The position numbers and the translations under genes were made by a program. A DNA stretch of 62,788 nt, the filler included, from Stramenopiles sp. TOSAG23-2 (Eukaryota): the NCBI GenBank assembly GCA_900128395.1. It is 9 parts of 9 records of this genome, joined end to end, with 100 filler letters (N's around TTAATTAATTAA, not from the genome) between each part and the next. Parts side by side here need not be neighbours in the genome. Positions count along the whole stretch, not along the records: positions 7,683 to 15,255 come from LT650299.1; positions 15,356 to 22,923 come from LT650300.1; positions 23,024 to 30,586 come from LT650301.1; 6 more parts are not named here. One strand, 5' to 3'. Below are positions 12,601-23,327 of this stretch, piece by piece. Positions within the stretch are counted from its first letter, which is position 1; every line of letters starts with the position of its first letter. The notes beneath the pieces are model-generated. The model did not search any database, was not told the DNA's origin, and saw nothing but the letters and a program-made list of their open reading frames with translations.

Positions 12601-12785
12601 TTCAATCTATGTATCAATCAGCAGATTGCAGTGGCACAGCAAAAAAATCAAGTGAACCAACCATGCAATGCTTAAAAAGTAATTCCGGTGGATACTTTGA
12701 AAATATTTGTCCACAACCAAAAATGAAAACAAAAAAGTTATCGGGACCTTTTGTTTTTGAAACGTTAGAGAAATTGATGGTTTAA
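9675..12785 (+). CDS. Secreted multidomain protein: Cys-rich N-domain, two homologous BNR/Asp-box beta-propellers, Pro linker, cruzipain-CTE (DUF3586)-like domain
   Basis: Signal peptide from ATG 9675. Many (S/T)xDGGx(T/S)(W/F) Asp-boxes. Internal duplication ARYGSYPSECTWYV vs ARYGSFPSPTTWYV and SAAISKTTDCGKTWE vs SAVIAKTTDGGKTWE. Confidence 0.8.
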   Translation: MKGISITLLLVLAVLVSTATAHYGDPNDGGCEKDEQPVKIQGLAGDFCSPPCDSSGNCPTDVPPGVTAKPECALSSSSGAKYCALVCNPSTEVFDNVCGKNATCKSIQGSGICTYNDVPVPPSSTHWVPVPSPSFQEQTSVIDVGFTKDGKTGWAGAGENGVGAVIIKTEDSGITWKPLPGNASFNIYLASAVKNEKEGVISGALFQAYTTDGNSFTNSENLFLSPAQDAGIIPGKDGLYAIPTAGEKFSGIATSTDGKKWEQKGDLKLNLTTYLARYGSYPSECTWYVNSGTFPESNSDETSKSSSFKMLNKHVGINKKTSKMEFSYKKRQNNGGDKPVNCNVDASNCFSAAISKTTDCGKTWELVYNNINKGDNIYPNGIHCISDDHCVAVVEGDTCRILLTTDGGKSWSESMHDTDSACSLVSVRMLSEKEIWVSGGHMTYADFEGRFWHSLDGGKTFTKEAIKGLYIFSFDMTSAASGYSVALTESSGVQLLKYRASKQDEATATTKTMFVGANKKEVSSVNKGWFDLFTPPFFQDCPISLLTGISCASTKECFVSGGPPDNSMSVYRSYDEHFRNTERETVNESLPIDMLLTMATESATSSLVGGVGLGVGGTWHSNDGKTYVQSKHEFGVLQTQAAYSLGKGHYAFVGQGAEKLGKDGGVGYSTDGGVSFASFDVLDSLKVPMGAFARYGSFPSPTTWYVTGGAWPGVSKQRDIGSDLFYLTQSLRMNRKTKKLELVKKSPKLNNKENIHGDEGGYSAVIAKTTDGGKTWELQFNDTGRFYFNEIDCASEDVCIAVAEGYSQDGSTDPGAHILKTTDGGKKWNEIYTFGASTGGGGMDVKMLSEMEAWVAVSDSTGGHILHTTDGGKTFTEGAALKGIGAVMQMSFINPTTAYAAAITTAQDSTVLAMGISPPPPGPAPVPADAFEQKQCSDTNCSVGCREGKFEQGKCLQTTGGGSATVACSKDGKSLVQSMYQSADCSGTAKKSSEPTMQCLKSNSGGYFENICPQPKMKTKKLSGPFVFETLEKLMV

Positions 12786-13181
12786 GAAGAAAATGATAAA
12801 AGGAAGGAGTTTCCTTTTCATTCATATTTTTATTTATATTTATCAGAAATCACATTGTATTGTATCATCGCGAAAATGGCTATATATGTGTGTGTGTGTA
12901 TGTGATAATAATATACGTACGAAGAAGTACGTACTGAGAAAATGCATGTGTGTTAAAATTTTATGGTGTGTATAAGCTTTTGCTGATGAGAGCGGATTGT
13001 ATCTTACCCCTATCAAATTTTAAAAAAATACGTATCATATGCATATGCGCGTCGTATGATTATTGTATTTTTTATAAAAAAAATTTAGTGTTAGTCGTAT
13101 GTATCATACGAGTATATATAATATTGTCCACATCAAATACGCTCTTCGTATGTACTGCTGCTGATGTGTAATACTCTATCC

Positions 13182-14795
13182 TCACTCCTCAGTTTTCTCC
13201 TCCTCCGTTTTTTTTTTTGCCTCAATATTTTCATTCATCAATGCAACAAATTCATTGACTGCCTCTTCTGTACCACTATGCCAAACGTTCATACCATCGC
13301 TATTTGCCCGCTGTGTAAGTACACATACGACAGGAACAATACATGCATGATCATAGCATATTGGTTTTGAATTAAAATCTGCTAATTCCCATGATGATTT
13401 TGGAAAATTCCAACTTGAAATTATAAATGTTAAAGCTTTTGCATCAAAAATAGTTTGTGTTTTTGCTCCATTAACTTGCTCTTTTTTATGGTATTTAACC
13501 AATGTAACAATCTTCTCATGTGTATGATTTAATATCGATGCACGTAAGCGCAATGCTATTTCCTGAATGGGCAATGTGATACACAATTCGTTTACAGACA
13601 TGGTCAAAGATATGTTAGTTACACCATTGCCAGTATAACCTTCTGGTAAAGGTGGATTGGTGCGATTTCGTATATTAAAAGCTCTATTTAAAGTTGTTTG
13701 TTCATCAGCATCATTAAGATTTACTCCAACTTGCTTACACCGAACTTTACACATTGCTCTCCAAATTTTTGCTGATAATACATCATCTGTTGAAACATAT
13801 CGGTCCGAGCCATTTAATCCCTCACTAGCAATTGATTTCATGTCATTTAAAGTTGTTTTATGCATTGGTATTACACATACGTTTTTCCCCATAATTTGAC
13901 CCATTACTGGTAGAAATTCTGGCATCGACTTTTCACCAGGTTGAACTGTTTTAATCCGATCAATATTTAATCCTTCATATTTTTTATCATCATTATCATT
14001 GTCACTACCATCATCATTACCATTAGCAATATCAAGTAAATTATCAATACTATTGGTAAAAAACTTTGTGCGATCATGAAATGGTACTGGATCATCTAAA
14101 TTTAAACCTCTATAAACACGACTCCAGCTAACCATAAAAGCCATATGTGATTCTGCATCACCTGCACCATGTTGTAATGATATTGCTATGGCAGTTCCGC
14201 CACCTTCCGCAAAAAATGAACATCGAATAGCCATAAGTGGTGCATCTGGATTTCCAGAATCAGGATCCATCTTTTCTTTATGTACAGGATGTAACAACGC
14301 ATCAGTGCGGTCAGATTGGAATAAACAAGTCTGGCTTAAATCTATAGAGTCACCTAATGATGGCAACAAATGTTCAATAGCTTCATGAATACTTCCTTTA
14401 CTATTTGTTATCATGAATGGAACACCTTCATTATTTAAATTAATTTTCATTTTCGTTGTATCATATCTGCCACAATATACAGGATATCGTAATAATGTTT
14501 GTTGCAAAGATGAGATTAATAATTTAGCATTTAATGTATCCGCATAATAATAAAACATTGGCATCGTACGTCCCCTATTTGATATATCAAATGGCGCTAA
14601 TTCTATAGAAGCTGATGGTTTTTTCAATACTTCTCCATTTTCAATATTTGTTTCTTCTCCTGTCGTCGTTTTTATTGTTGGTAATTTTACAATGGTATCT
14701 GTAATATTATTTAAGTATTCATCTATTTCCTCTTGTGTTTTTCCATCTGCTAATGCATCTTCAACAGAGCCATATTTTGATGCGCCAGAACCCAT
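13182..14795 (-). CDS. CoA-dependent acyltransferase (Transferase/BAHD-like), probably N-myristoylated
   Basis: L..YPVYCGR, HGAGD (HxxxD), STDDVLSA, NIRNR..PPLPEGYTGN, ISSW, ADF (DFGWG-like). N-terminus MGSGAS. Confidence 0.8.
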   Translation of the reverse strand: MGSGASKYGSVEDALADGKTQEEIDEYLNNITDTIVKLPTIKTTTGEETNIENGEVLKKPSASIELAPFDISNRGRTMPMFYYYADTLNAKLLISSLQQTLLRYPVYCGRYDTTKMKINLNNEGVPFMITNSKGSIHEAIEHLLPSLGDSIDLSQTCLFQSDRTDALLHPVHKEKMDPDSGNPDAPLMAIRCSFFAEGGGTAIAISLQHGAGDAESHMAFMVSWSRVYRGLNLDDPVPFHDRTKFFTNSIDNLLDIANGNDDGSDNDNDDKKYEGLNIDRIKTVQPGEKSMPEFLPVMGQIMGKNVCVIPMHKTTLNDMKSIASEGLNGSDRYVSTDDVLSAKIWRAMCKVRCKQVGVNLNDADEQTTLNRAFNIRNRTNPPLPEGYTGNGVTNISLTMSVNELCITLPIQEIALRLRASILNHTHEKIVTLVKYHKKEQVNGAKTQTIFDAKALTFIISSWNFPKSSWELADFNSKPICYDHACIVPVVCVLTQRANSDGMNVWHSGTEEAVNEFVALMNENIEAKKKTEEEKTEE

Positions 14796-15355
14796 AATAA
14801 TGATTTGATCGTATATCGTCTTGTATTATATTATTTATTATATTCTTCTTCTTTTCATATCTTACACTGTATGTTTCTTTATAATAATATATATATAATA
14901 ATATATATATTATAATTATTTTTTAACCTGACCCTAGTCGGAACACACGACGCACCTGACCCGGACACCCGACGACAGAAAGCAGAAAGCCTGGAAAGCC
15001 TTATACCACCTGGTGGTAGCCTGTGGAAAAGAAGCCCAAAATACCTGCCCTAAGGCCTGGTAAAAAGGAAAGCTGGAAAGCCAGAAAGCGAAAAAAGAGA
15101 AGATTTTAGTTGAGACAGTTTTATTATACGTATTATATACTTATTAGACTATTAAAAACAAAATAAATTTAAATTTTTATTATTTTGTTTTTGCTTTTTG
15201 TGTTGTGCTTGTTGGAAGAAGTTTCAACATGATTACGGTTAATACTCCGACGTTTNNNNNNNNNNNNNNNNNNNNNNNNNNNNNNNNNNNNNNNNNNNNT
15301 TAATTAATTAANNNNNNNNNNNNNNNNNNNNNNNNNNNNNNNNNNNNNNNNNNNN

Positions 15356-16226
15356 CGTGATGATGATAAATGAAAATTTACCAAATCATATTGCAAATAA
15401 TCCAAAGTTACAGGAAATAATGAAAGATTTCTTAAATGCATATTTTGATGGATATCAAATAAAAAGCATCAACGATGAATTATTAAATATTGGAAAAAAG
15501 AAAGTTACATCGCATGGTTTAACTGTACGAAGTGCTAGAAATGGAAATGTACGATTATTGAATGTTTTAGATTTACTTGATGTATGCCATGAAAAATTAC
15601 CAAATGATGCTTATTGTATTTTAGGTATAACCGATCAAGATATCTATGAATACGATGCGAAAGGTAGGGTACCTTATGAATATTTGGATGGTTGCTTACG
15701 TGGCCGTGCATTTGGTGGTAGTCGAATTGCTGTTTTTAGTACAGCATGTTATGGTCGATCAATAGAAGAATCATTGTCGAATGTAACAACACCTAGTAGT
15801 AGTAATAATAATAATGATAATAGTAATAAAAATAACAAGACCATCACCATGTCTAATAATAATAATATTTATAATGATTTCGTTTATCAATTAAGTACAT
15901 TAGCTCATGAAACTATGCATTGTTTTGGTTTAGATCATTGCGGATTATACATGTGTTGTATGAATTCTTGGAATGATGCTATTGTTGAATTTGCAAAAGT
16001 ACCTTTGGCAAATGGTAGAAAACTTCAATATGATGATGATGTTGAAGGATCGATTCATTTATGCCCATTGTGTTTAAGAAAATTACAAATAACATGTAAT
16101 TTTGAGATTGAAACTCGATATAAAAAATTACATACCTTTTATAAAAGTGTAGGATTACATGACCAAACAAAATGGATTGAACATGTTTTAAGAATTGGAA
16201 AAGAGTTAGTATCGAAAGGGAAATAG
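15356..16226 (+). CDS. Archaemetzincin (peptidase M54)-like zinc metalloprotease, 5'-truncated at contig edge
   Basis: DAYCILGITDQDIY, HETMHCFGLDHC-x4-C-x-MN, LCPLCLRKL, RYKKL..FY. Confidence 0.88.
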
Positions 16227-16356
16227 AGTTGATTTGCCGATATTTTGAAGGAGTAGGATTACATGACCAAACAAAATGGATTGAACATGTTTTAAGAATT
16301 GGAAAAGAGTTAGTATCGAAAGGGAAATAGAGTTGATTTGCCGATATTTTGAAGGA
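16149..16356 (+). repeat. Perfect 104-bp tandem duplication spanning the archaemetzincin stop codon
   Basis: 16149-16252 is identical to 16253-16356. Confidence 0.9.
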
Positions 16357-16591
16357 GGAAGAGAGAGTGTAAAAATGTACTTTCGTATGTGTGTTAAAAA
16401 AATTATATGCGCGCGTGTGTGTTTGATTATAAATTAACTCCTCTCGCACACCAATTTACATTCATCAACAACCTTTTCGTTATTATCCATATGATTCTCC
16501 CATATCACAATTAAAATGGAACAATACGTTTTGAATATGTGCACAATCTGGTGTTGGTGGATATTATTATCAAGTTTCAAAATTCAACTCC

Positions 16592-16813
16592 ATGGCATTG
16601 GTGTGTTTGGTACTGTCTTATCTAAGAAGTAGAGATAACATGAATAGCATTGCTATAAAATTTGGCGTTAATGCCCCAACTATAAATACACATATTATTT
16701 ATGGTTTACTTTTATTTGAATCTGCTTTAAATTACCATCCAGAAACCAAAATTGCACAGCCTGACTATGAAGAAATGGAATTTCTTAGTAAACTATCTGG
16801 TGATATGCTGTAA
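16592..16813 (+). mobile_element. PIF/Harbinger-like DDE transposase remnant (HTH region)
   Basis: LVLSYLRS...SIAIKFGVNAPTINTHI resembles the HTH_Tnp_4 pattern L.L.YLR......LA..FGVS.ST. Short fragment with no DDE core. Confidence 0.45.
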
Positions 16814-18222
16814 TACATTTTGAAATGCTGATTTCAAACAATTATATACATTATTTTAAACGAGAGAATTGTTTAACTGGCCAGTGAACCTTCAGTCCTG
16901 TAAAACTAAAGTATATATAAGAAGTTGATATATATATCATAGTAGAAATAAGAAAAATTAAAAGCAATAGTTCTAAGATACAATCAAAATATTCAAACTA
17001 GTTATACCATAGACTTTTTTATAAATACACACATACAAGCAACAAGATCAACAAATCTCTTAAAAGATGCTGATGCTATTCACCTCCTATATTTTAAGGT
17101 TTAATAATCATGCCCACTTTTATTCAAGGAGGCACAAAAAGAAATAAGACGGTTGAAATTTTAACATCATTTTAGTGCATTATTACTAGTTATAATAGAT
17201 ATAATATACCCCACATGCACACACACACACATGTGTACATATACATCTCCACAAATAATCATCATCTATTAATGAAATTAATACAATCTATCAAATAATA
17301 ATAACAACAACCATTACCGACCAACACCAGAGACACAATGAATAATAATCATACAAACAATAAAAAAACATTAAATAAAAAGAATTATACGGCACCGTAT
17401 TTAGATCAAATTTCCAATGGACATTTAGGTTCATTTAGAAAAACATCGGAATATAAAAAATTATTGATACAACCAGTGCAAATACCTAACTTAGATCATT
17501 GTGGAATTAGTAGCAAACTTGTTTCCTCTCAAACAGATTCAAATAATTATATCACACCAGATGGACGAGCAACTCAAACATTAAGAAATACAATACATAA
17601 TGTCTTACCGGTAATATCCGTCCAACTTCTGCATTTGATCTGAGACAACCAATAGATTTACGTAATAGGAAGATTCAACGCCCGTCAACTGCTACAGCTA
17701 TACCAAAGTATCCTGGGCTGAAGTATTTTTAGTGAGTAACAGTAGCAATTTAAGCTATCAAATCACTGCATGAATGATTGCAGATATATGGTCAAAACCT
17801 AGTCGAGTGCCTCGCCGCTTTGCGTAGTCAAAACCTGTGGCTTTTCACCATCCCAAATTTGGAAAATATATTTATTTTTTTATTTCTGATAATGCTATTT
17901 CTATACTACCTGGACTACATTTATTTAACAGCATTACACAAACTGTCTCATGTGATTTTTTTTTCAGAGGCCGTATGCACGTATAGCCGAACCACGGTTA
18001 GCACGTTATAAATCCGGATACACACGGATTATTTGTAAAATATATATGCGGCCTAGTTAGTGGAGAGAGTAAAAGTAAATCATATACTAAATAAATAAAT
18101 AATATATATATATCTTATTATATTTCCATACAATCCAGACATAAATAACACGTAGGTATCGATTTACTGAAAACACACCACCGCAGTAGAGCCATATATT
18201 ACCATAGGAAAAACCACCCGCA

Positions 18223-19605
18223 ATGGATACTGGTAATAAGTATCATGTCAATGACTATAAAACAAAAAAAATTGAGATTGTGAGTGACACTGATACCAAT
18301 CATAGTAATAGCAATATTGGAGATAAGCATAGTTATGATACCGTATTTAAAGAAATCGAAGAAGAGGAGAAAGAAGAAAAAATTATGGAAAGCAAACTAG
18401 ATATAATCTCAAAATCTGAGCTATTGGCAGAAATGCCTGTACCCTTTCGTTTAGCAGCAAACCTTGTATTTTTATTTGAAAGTGACACTCATCCTATTAA
18501 ATTTATTTTGAAATGGGTTGCTGTCGTAGCGAGTATATTCACTGGCGTGATTTTAACGTTAAACTTCCAGTTGAATGGGCAAACAAAATTTAGTATTGGT
18601 AGTGTACCTACACCGATTTGCTATTGTATTTATGGCCCAATGTCGATCATAAAAGTTCACCATTTTTTCAATGGCAATGTAGGCCGGTCCACGTTTTTAA
18701 AGTCTTGGAAAAAATTGCCGATAACCTCAAAGCAGTTGGCAACAAAATATTTTTCAACTTTCCTAGTTGGTCATCTCATTTTCGCAACAGTCGGCACGGT
18801 CGGCCTGCTTCAGGTTTCGTTTGAAGGTAGGCCAGAATGGTTTGTAACGACGTTCATGATATATAAGTTTATGCATATTTACACATTCACTATTGGGCTT
18901 ATATTGTATTCTGAATTTTTAATATTCATAATGGTTGTAGAAAGTGGAAGTATTGCATGTCAAATTAATCGAATGTCAGAAAAGACCAACAAAGCCATAT
19001 CTTTTTTTTTTGAATCCGATGATGGCGGTGATGATAACATAAACGAGTTAGGTCATACAAAATCAATGATGATGGAAAGGAAGATAATTAGTCGTAAAGA
19101 TGCAAAAAGAATAATTAAAATTTTCATTCAATCACTAAAAAAAATTGCAGCAAACGTGAAACGATTTGTTCACATTTTAGGTAGCTCACTTGGTTTAATC
19201 ACAATATATCTAATTTTAATTATAATAGTGAACCCTTTCCAGTTTGTCGTCCAGAGTTTCAAAAGTGATTTTATTCTTGATATTGGTCAGTTAGTCGGAT
19301 TGATTATGGGGGAAACATTATGGATGTATGCATTGTATATGATGTTAACATTATCCATGAAGCCTTCCATAGAATATACGCTTTTTTTGAGATCATTACA
19401 TTGCGGTGATAAGGTATTTATTTTATCTGAGTGTTTTAATGGTGAGAGCAAAAAATTTTTTGATGGATTAGAAATTCAACGGCAAAGTGTCATTTGGAGT
19501 ATATTTGGTATTCCGGTAACTTTAGAAATGTATGAACGTGTAATTGGTTCGTTGGTAAGCTTACTAATAGCAGCTTTAGCATTGATTTTACGAAGTAGTG
19601 GGTGA
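18223..19605 (+). CDS. Seven-TM protein, 7TM ion channel (insect GR/OR-like, GRL/DUF3537-like) candidate
   Basis: Seven hydrophobic segments, long loops after TM4 and TM6, terminal WSIFGIPVT...VIGSLVSLLIAALALILR. Confidence 0.6.
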   Translation: MDTGNKYHVNDYKTKKIEIVSDTDTNHSNSNIGDKHSYDTVFKEIEEEEKEEKIMESKLDIISKSELLAEMPVPFRLAANLVFLFESDTHPIKFILKWVAVVASIFTGVILTLNFQLNGQTKFSIGSVPTPICYCIYGPMSIIKVHHFFNGNVGRSTFLKSWKKLPITSKQLATKYFSTFLVGHLIFATVGTVGLLQVSFEGRPEWFVTTFMIYKFMHIYTFTIGLILYSEFLIFIMVVESGSIACQINRMSEKTNKAISFFFESDDGGDDNINELGHTKSMMMERKIISRKDAKRIIKIFIQSLKKIAANVKRFVHILGSSLGLITIYLILIIIVNPFQFVVQSFKSDFILDIGQLVGLIMGETLWMYALYMMLTLSMKPSIEYTLFLRSLHCGDKVFILSECFNGESKKFFDGLEIQRQSVIWSIFGIPVTLEMYERVIGSLVSLLIAALALILRSSG

Positions 19606-20075
19606 AGATTGAATGTAATTGAACTCTCGTTTTATGTTTAATTTACGCGTGTGCGTATCATTTTTTATGCTGTTACATCAAACTAATTGAGTAAACAAGA
19701 AGAAGACACGTTTAACGTGACCATTACTATTATCTAGTACCAAGTTATAAGTATAAAATAAAGTGTTAAAACTTTCCCAACTAATCCGCAGTCCTTCACC
19801 AACCTTCCCAACATAAAAATAATTAAGGCAACAATTTAACCGTTAATCAAAGTATAATCCCATGCTAATTAATTCAAATCTCGGTTACTAATGCTATTAT
19901 ATCCAACCAATTTCAGGTTGGTTAAGGAAAGTTTTACATTACCAAACGCGAATTTATGTTTATACGCAAATTTTACGAAAGTTTGCCCTTCTCTCAAGTA
20001 CAAAAAGTACCTAATATGACCTATCAAATATAGCAAACACTACAAATCTACTGAGTATATGAAACGGACTTCATT

Positions 20076-20354
20076 AAGTATAAATATGATAGGAAATGGA
20101 AAACAGAAAACATGGCAGAAAAACACAATTTTTATGAGTAAAATGTTGAAAGGCCTGTGTCCATGCTAATTTTATAATGCTATTTCCATATATTAAAAAC
20201 ACTTCATAGGGGAAAAGTATAAATATGATAGGAAATGGAAAACAGAAAACATGGCAGAAAAACACAATTTTTATGAGTAAAATGTTGAAAGGCCTGTGTC
20301 CATGCTAATTTTATAATGCTATTTCCATATATTAAAAACACTTCATAGGGGAAA
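20076..20354 (+). repeat. Tandem duplication, unit ~139 bp
   Basis: aagtataaatatgataggaaatgg...cttcatagggg starts at 20076 and again at 20215. Confidence 0.9.
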
Positions 20355-20377
20355 ATTAACATGACAATATCAATTGA

Positions 20378-20775
20378 CAAAAAATCTCCATACTATAGTT
20401 TTAAGTACTCTAATAAAAATATGTAAATTTAACTACGAAATTTATACTACAATTATATAACACCTCAAACACGAATATTTTTGCCAATTTTATTTTCATT
20501 TTGAGAACTTCCGCCAAAGTGGGTACAAAAATTGAGAAATTTCATCAAATATATAAAATTTGCATTATGTCTCCAAACACAAAAAATCTCCATACTATAG
20601 TTTTAAGTACTCTAATAAAAATATGTAAATTAGACTACGAAATTTATACTACAATTATATAACACCTCAAACACGAATATTTTTGCCAATTTTATTTTCA
20701 TTTTGAGAACTTCCGCCAAAGTGGGTACAAAAATTGAGAAATTTCATCAAATATATAAATTTTGCATTATGTCTC
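20378..20775 (+). repeat. Tandem duplication, period ~202 bp
   Basis: caaaaaatctccatactatag...tgcattatgtctc starts at 20378 and again at 20580, with few mismatches. Confidence 0.9.
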
Positions 20776-20799
20776 ACAACATCATTCCCGACATTTTCA

Positions 20800-21682
20800 C
20801 TCCATATAAACTACCACATCCTTTCTTTATATATATAACTTGTATCTCTAAACTCCAACCAAAATAAATATGACATTTACATGAAACGCTAGACCCAAAG
20901 TGAATTTTCACTAAAAAATACACATTTTTTGACACTTTTATTAAGGTTTTACAAGCCTATCCCATAGTAAGGGTACTTTGACATGCAAACATCATTTATA
21001 ACATTTTTAAGTCATATAAAGTTTCACATCCTCTCTTTATATATATAACTTGTATCTCTAAACTCCAACCAAAATAAATATTACATTTACATGAAACGCT
21101 AGACCCAAAGTGAATTTTCACTAAAAAATGCACATTTTTTTACTCTTTTATTAAGGTTTTACAAGCCTATTCGATAGTAAGGGTACTTTGACATGCAATT
21201 GAAACGTCGTTAGAAAAGTATGTTCCTGACACTCAGTTGTCATCAACTTACTCTTAGGTTTGGCTCTGTACATGTGAAAATGAGAATCGAACCTACTTTT
21301 GTACTAATATTTTGATTGATGTGAGATATATTGTTTCGATTATACCCCATTTTGCAATGTATGTTAACATGCCTGAAAAAGGCCTAGAATTCCAGATTGA
21401 TTTTCATTCACATTATTTTATTAAGGTTTTACAAGCCTATTCGATAGTAAGGGTACTTTGACATGCAATTGAAACGTCGTTAGAAAAGTATGTTCTTGTC
21501 ACTCAGTTGTCATCAACTTACTCTTAAGTTTGGCTCTTTACATGTATAAATGAGAATCGAGCCTATTTTTGTATCAATATTTTAATTGACTTCAGATATA
21601 TTGTATCGACTATACCCCATTTTGTAATGTATTTTCACATGGCTGAAAAATGCCTAGAATTCCAAATCGATTTTCATTCACA
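20800..21682 (+). repeat. Overlapping diverged tandem duplications (periods ~210 and ~270 bp)
   Basis: tctttatatatataacttgtatctc... at ~20824 and ~21034; tattaaggttttacaagcctat at ~20939, ~21149 and ~21419. Confidence 0.85.
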
Positions 21683-23327
21683 TAAATTCTAAATGAAGCT
21701 AGAAATCTTAATTATAAATATGAAACATAAAAAATTTTGATAAAATGTCGTAGTTTCTATATCATACGTGATATATTTAACTTTTCTCCGAGAGTTTACA
21801 TGTATAATTATGTTTTTAAAGAAAAGTGCTGAGATTTTTTTTTAAATCGTACATTAGCATGGGGTTAGTATTAGAGCACTTTTTCATCACAATGGTGAAA
21901 ATCAGGAAAGGTTGAAAACTTTCATTGAAGTTATTGATATTAGACTTTGAAACGTTGCATATCCGTTATTTATTACATATACAATAACTGTATGTCGTGG
22001 TCTGGGGAGTTTAGCTGTAGAACCATGTTTACTAAAAATATCGTGCATTTTGATCATTTACGTTAGGGTTAGAGATGCTAGCATTACTCAGCATTGCGGG
22101 GTCATACCCATACATGACGGGACCTCTCACTCTATTTTTCAACACCAACATACACTCACACGAATGCCATTTCTACACTTTCCCATTATATACGAAGCTG
22201 AAACCAATACCTAAAAGTCATATACTGATCACCTAAACAATTTCTGATCCTTCTCCTGTCCATACATAGGATATAAGTCGAGCTTTACACCGATATGTGA
22301 TTTTCAAGATCGGGTTAGTTTAGGGTTAGAGGCCAAAAAATGACCAAAATATTGAAATTTTTTCAGAAATATCACCAAAATACAATGTGTCGATTTTTTC
22401 TATCTAAATCTTCTACAAATTAATTCGAAATAAGACACATCTCTTAACACATGTCTAAACGAAAGAAGTACATGAATATTTTGATGTAATTATGTTTTTA
22501 ATGAAATTGACAAGGTATTGAATTTTTTTTAAAATGGTGATTTTTTTTCAAATTAGCATGGACATAGGCTGGACTAAAAATGGAAAATTTGAAAATTATA
22601 AAAGGTAGTTTATTGTACATACACATACATGACTTTAGCAAAATAAGTATCCACGATCAATTTATATATGTTTGGTAATAAATATATGACGTATCTTAAT
22701 ATTTCTGTATCTACTTCATATTTGAATGACCGTTAAAAGTTAAAAAAAACGCGTAACCCTATAGCTGTAACACTACTTGATAGGTGCTTTTTGCTTATAG
22801 TGTCGGCTCTTTCTTACATTTTTTAGTACAAAAATATTATACTAAATGTTTGATAGGTTTCAATCTTCTAAAAACGATATTTACAATTTATGTAAAAAAG
22901 TGAATTTCCATCTAAAATATGATNNNNNNNNNNNNNNNNNNNNNNNNNNNNNNNNNNNNNNNNNNNNTTAATTAATTAANNNNNNNNNNNNNNNNNNNNN
23001 NNNNNNNNNNNNNNNNNNNNNNNGCTCCATATGTTTTAAATGTTGGTGATGAGAATTTGTCATTGGGTACTACTAGTAGCGATACAAATTCGAAGTTGTA
23101 AAATAAGAAAAAAACCCAAAAAGAGTTTATGATATATATTAATACACGACATACAGGGATAGAGTGCAATCATGTATTGATGTACGCGTATTTTTTTAAT
23201 ATTTTATACTCCGGTATAAAATTATTTTTTTTAAATTTTAGTGTTTTATATTTTATATTTTAGATTAATGAGATGTTCATTATATATCATAAAAATACGT
23301 ATCGTACATATATACGAGTAAAATCCA

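Noticed and set aside
17338-17700. Possible LINE endonuclease relic (NLDH; VIGRFNAR resembling GDFNA)
   Set aside because: Motifs are degenerate, in the wrong order and in different frames; insufficient support.
20038-20048. CACTACAA as a CACTA transposon terminus
   Set aside because: No matching inverted terminus or target-site duplication found.
20076-21682. CRISPR-like array
   Set aside because: Units are 139-270-bp whole duplications without unique spacers; eukaryotic context and no cas genes.
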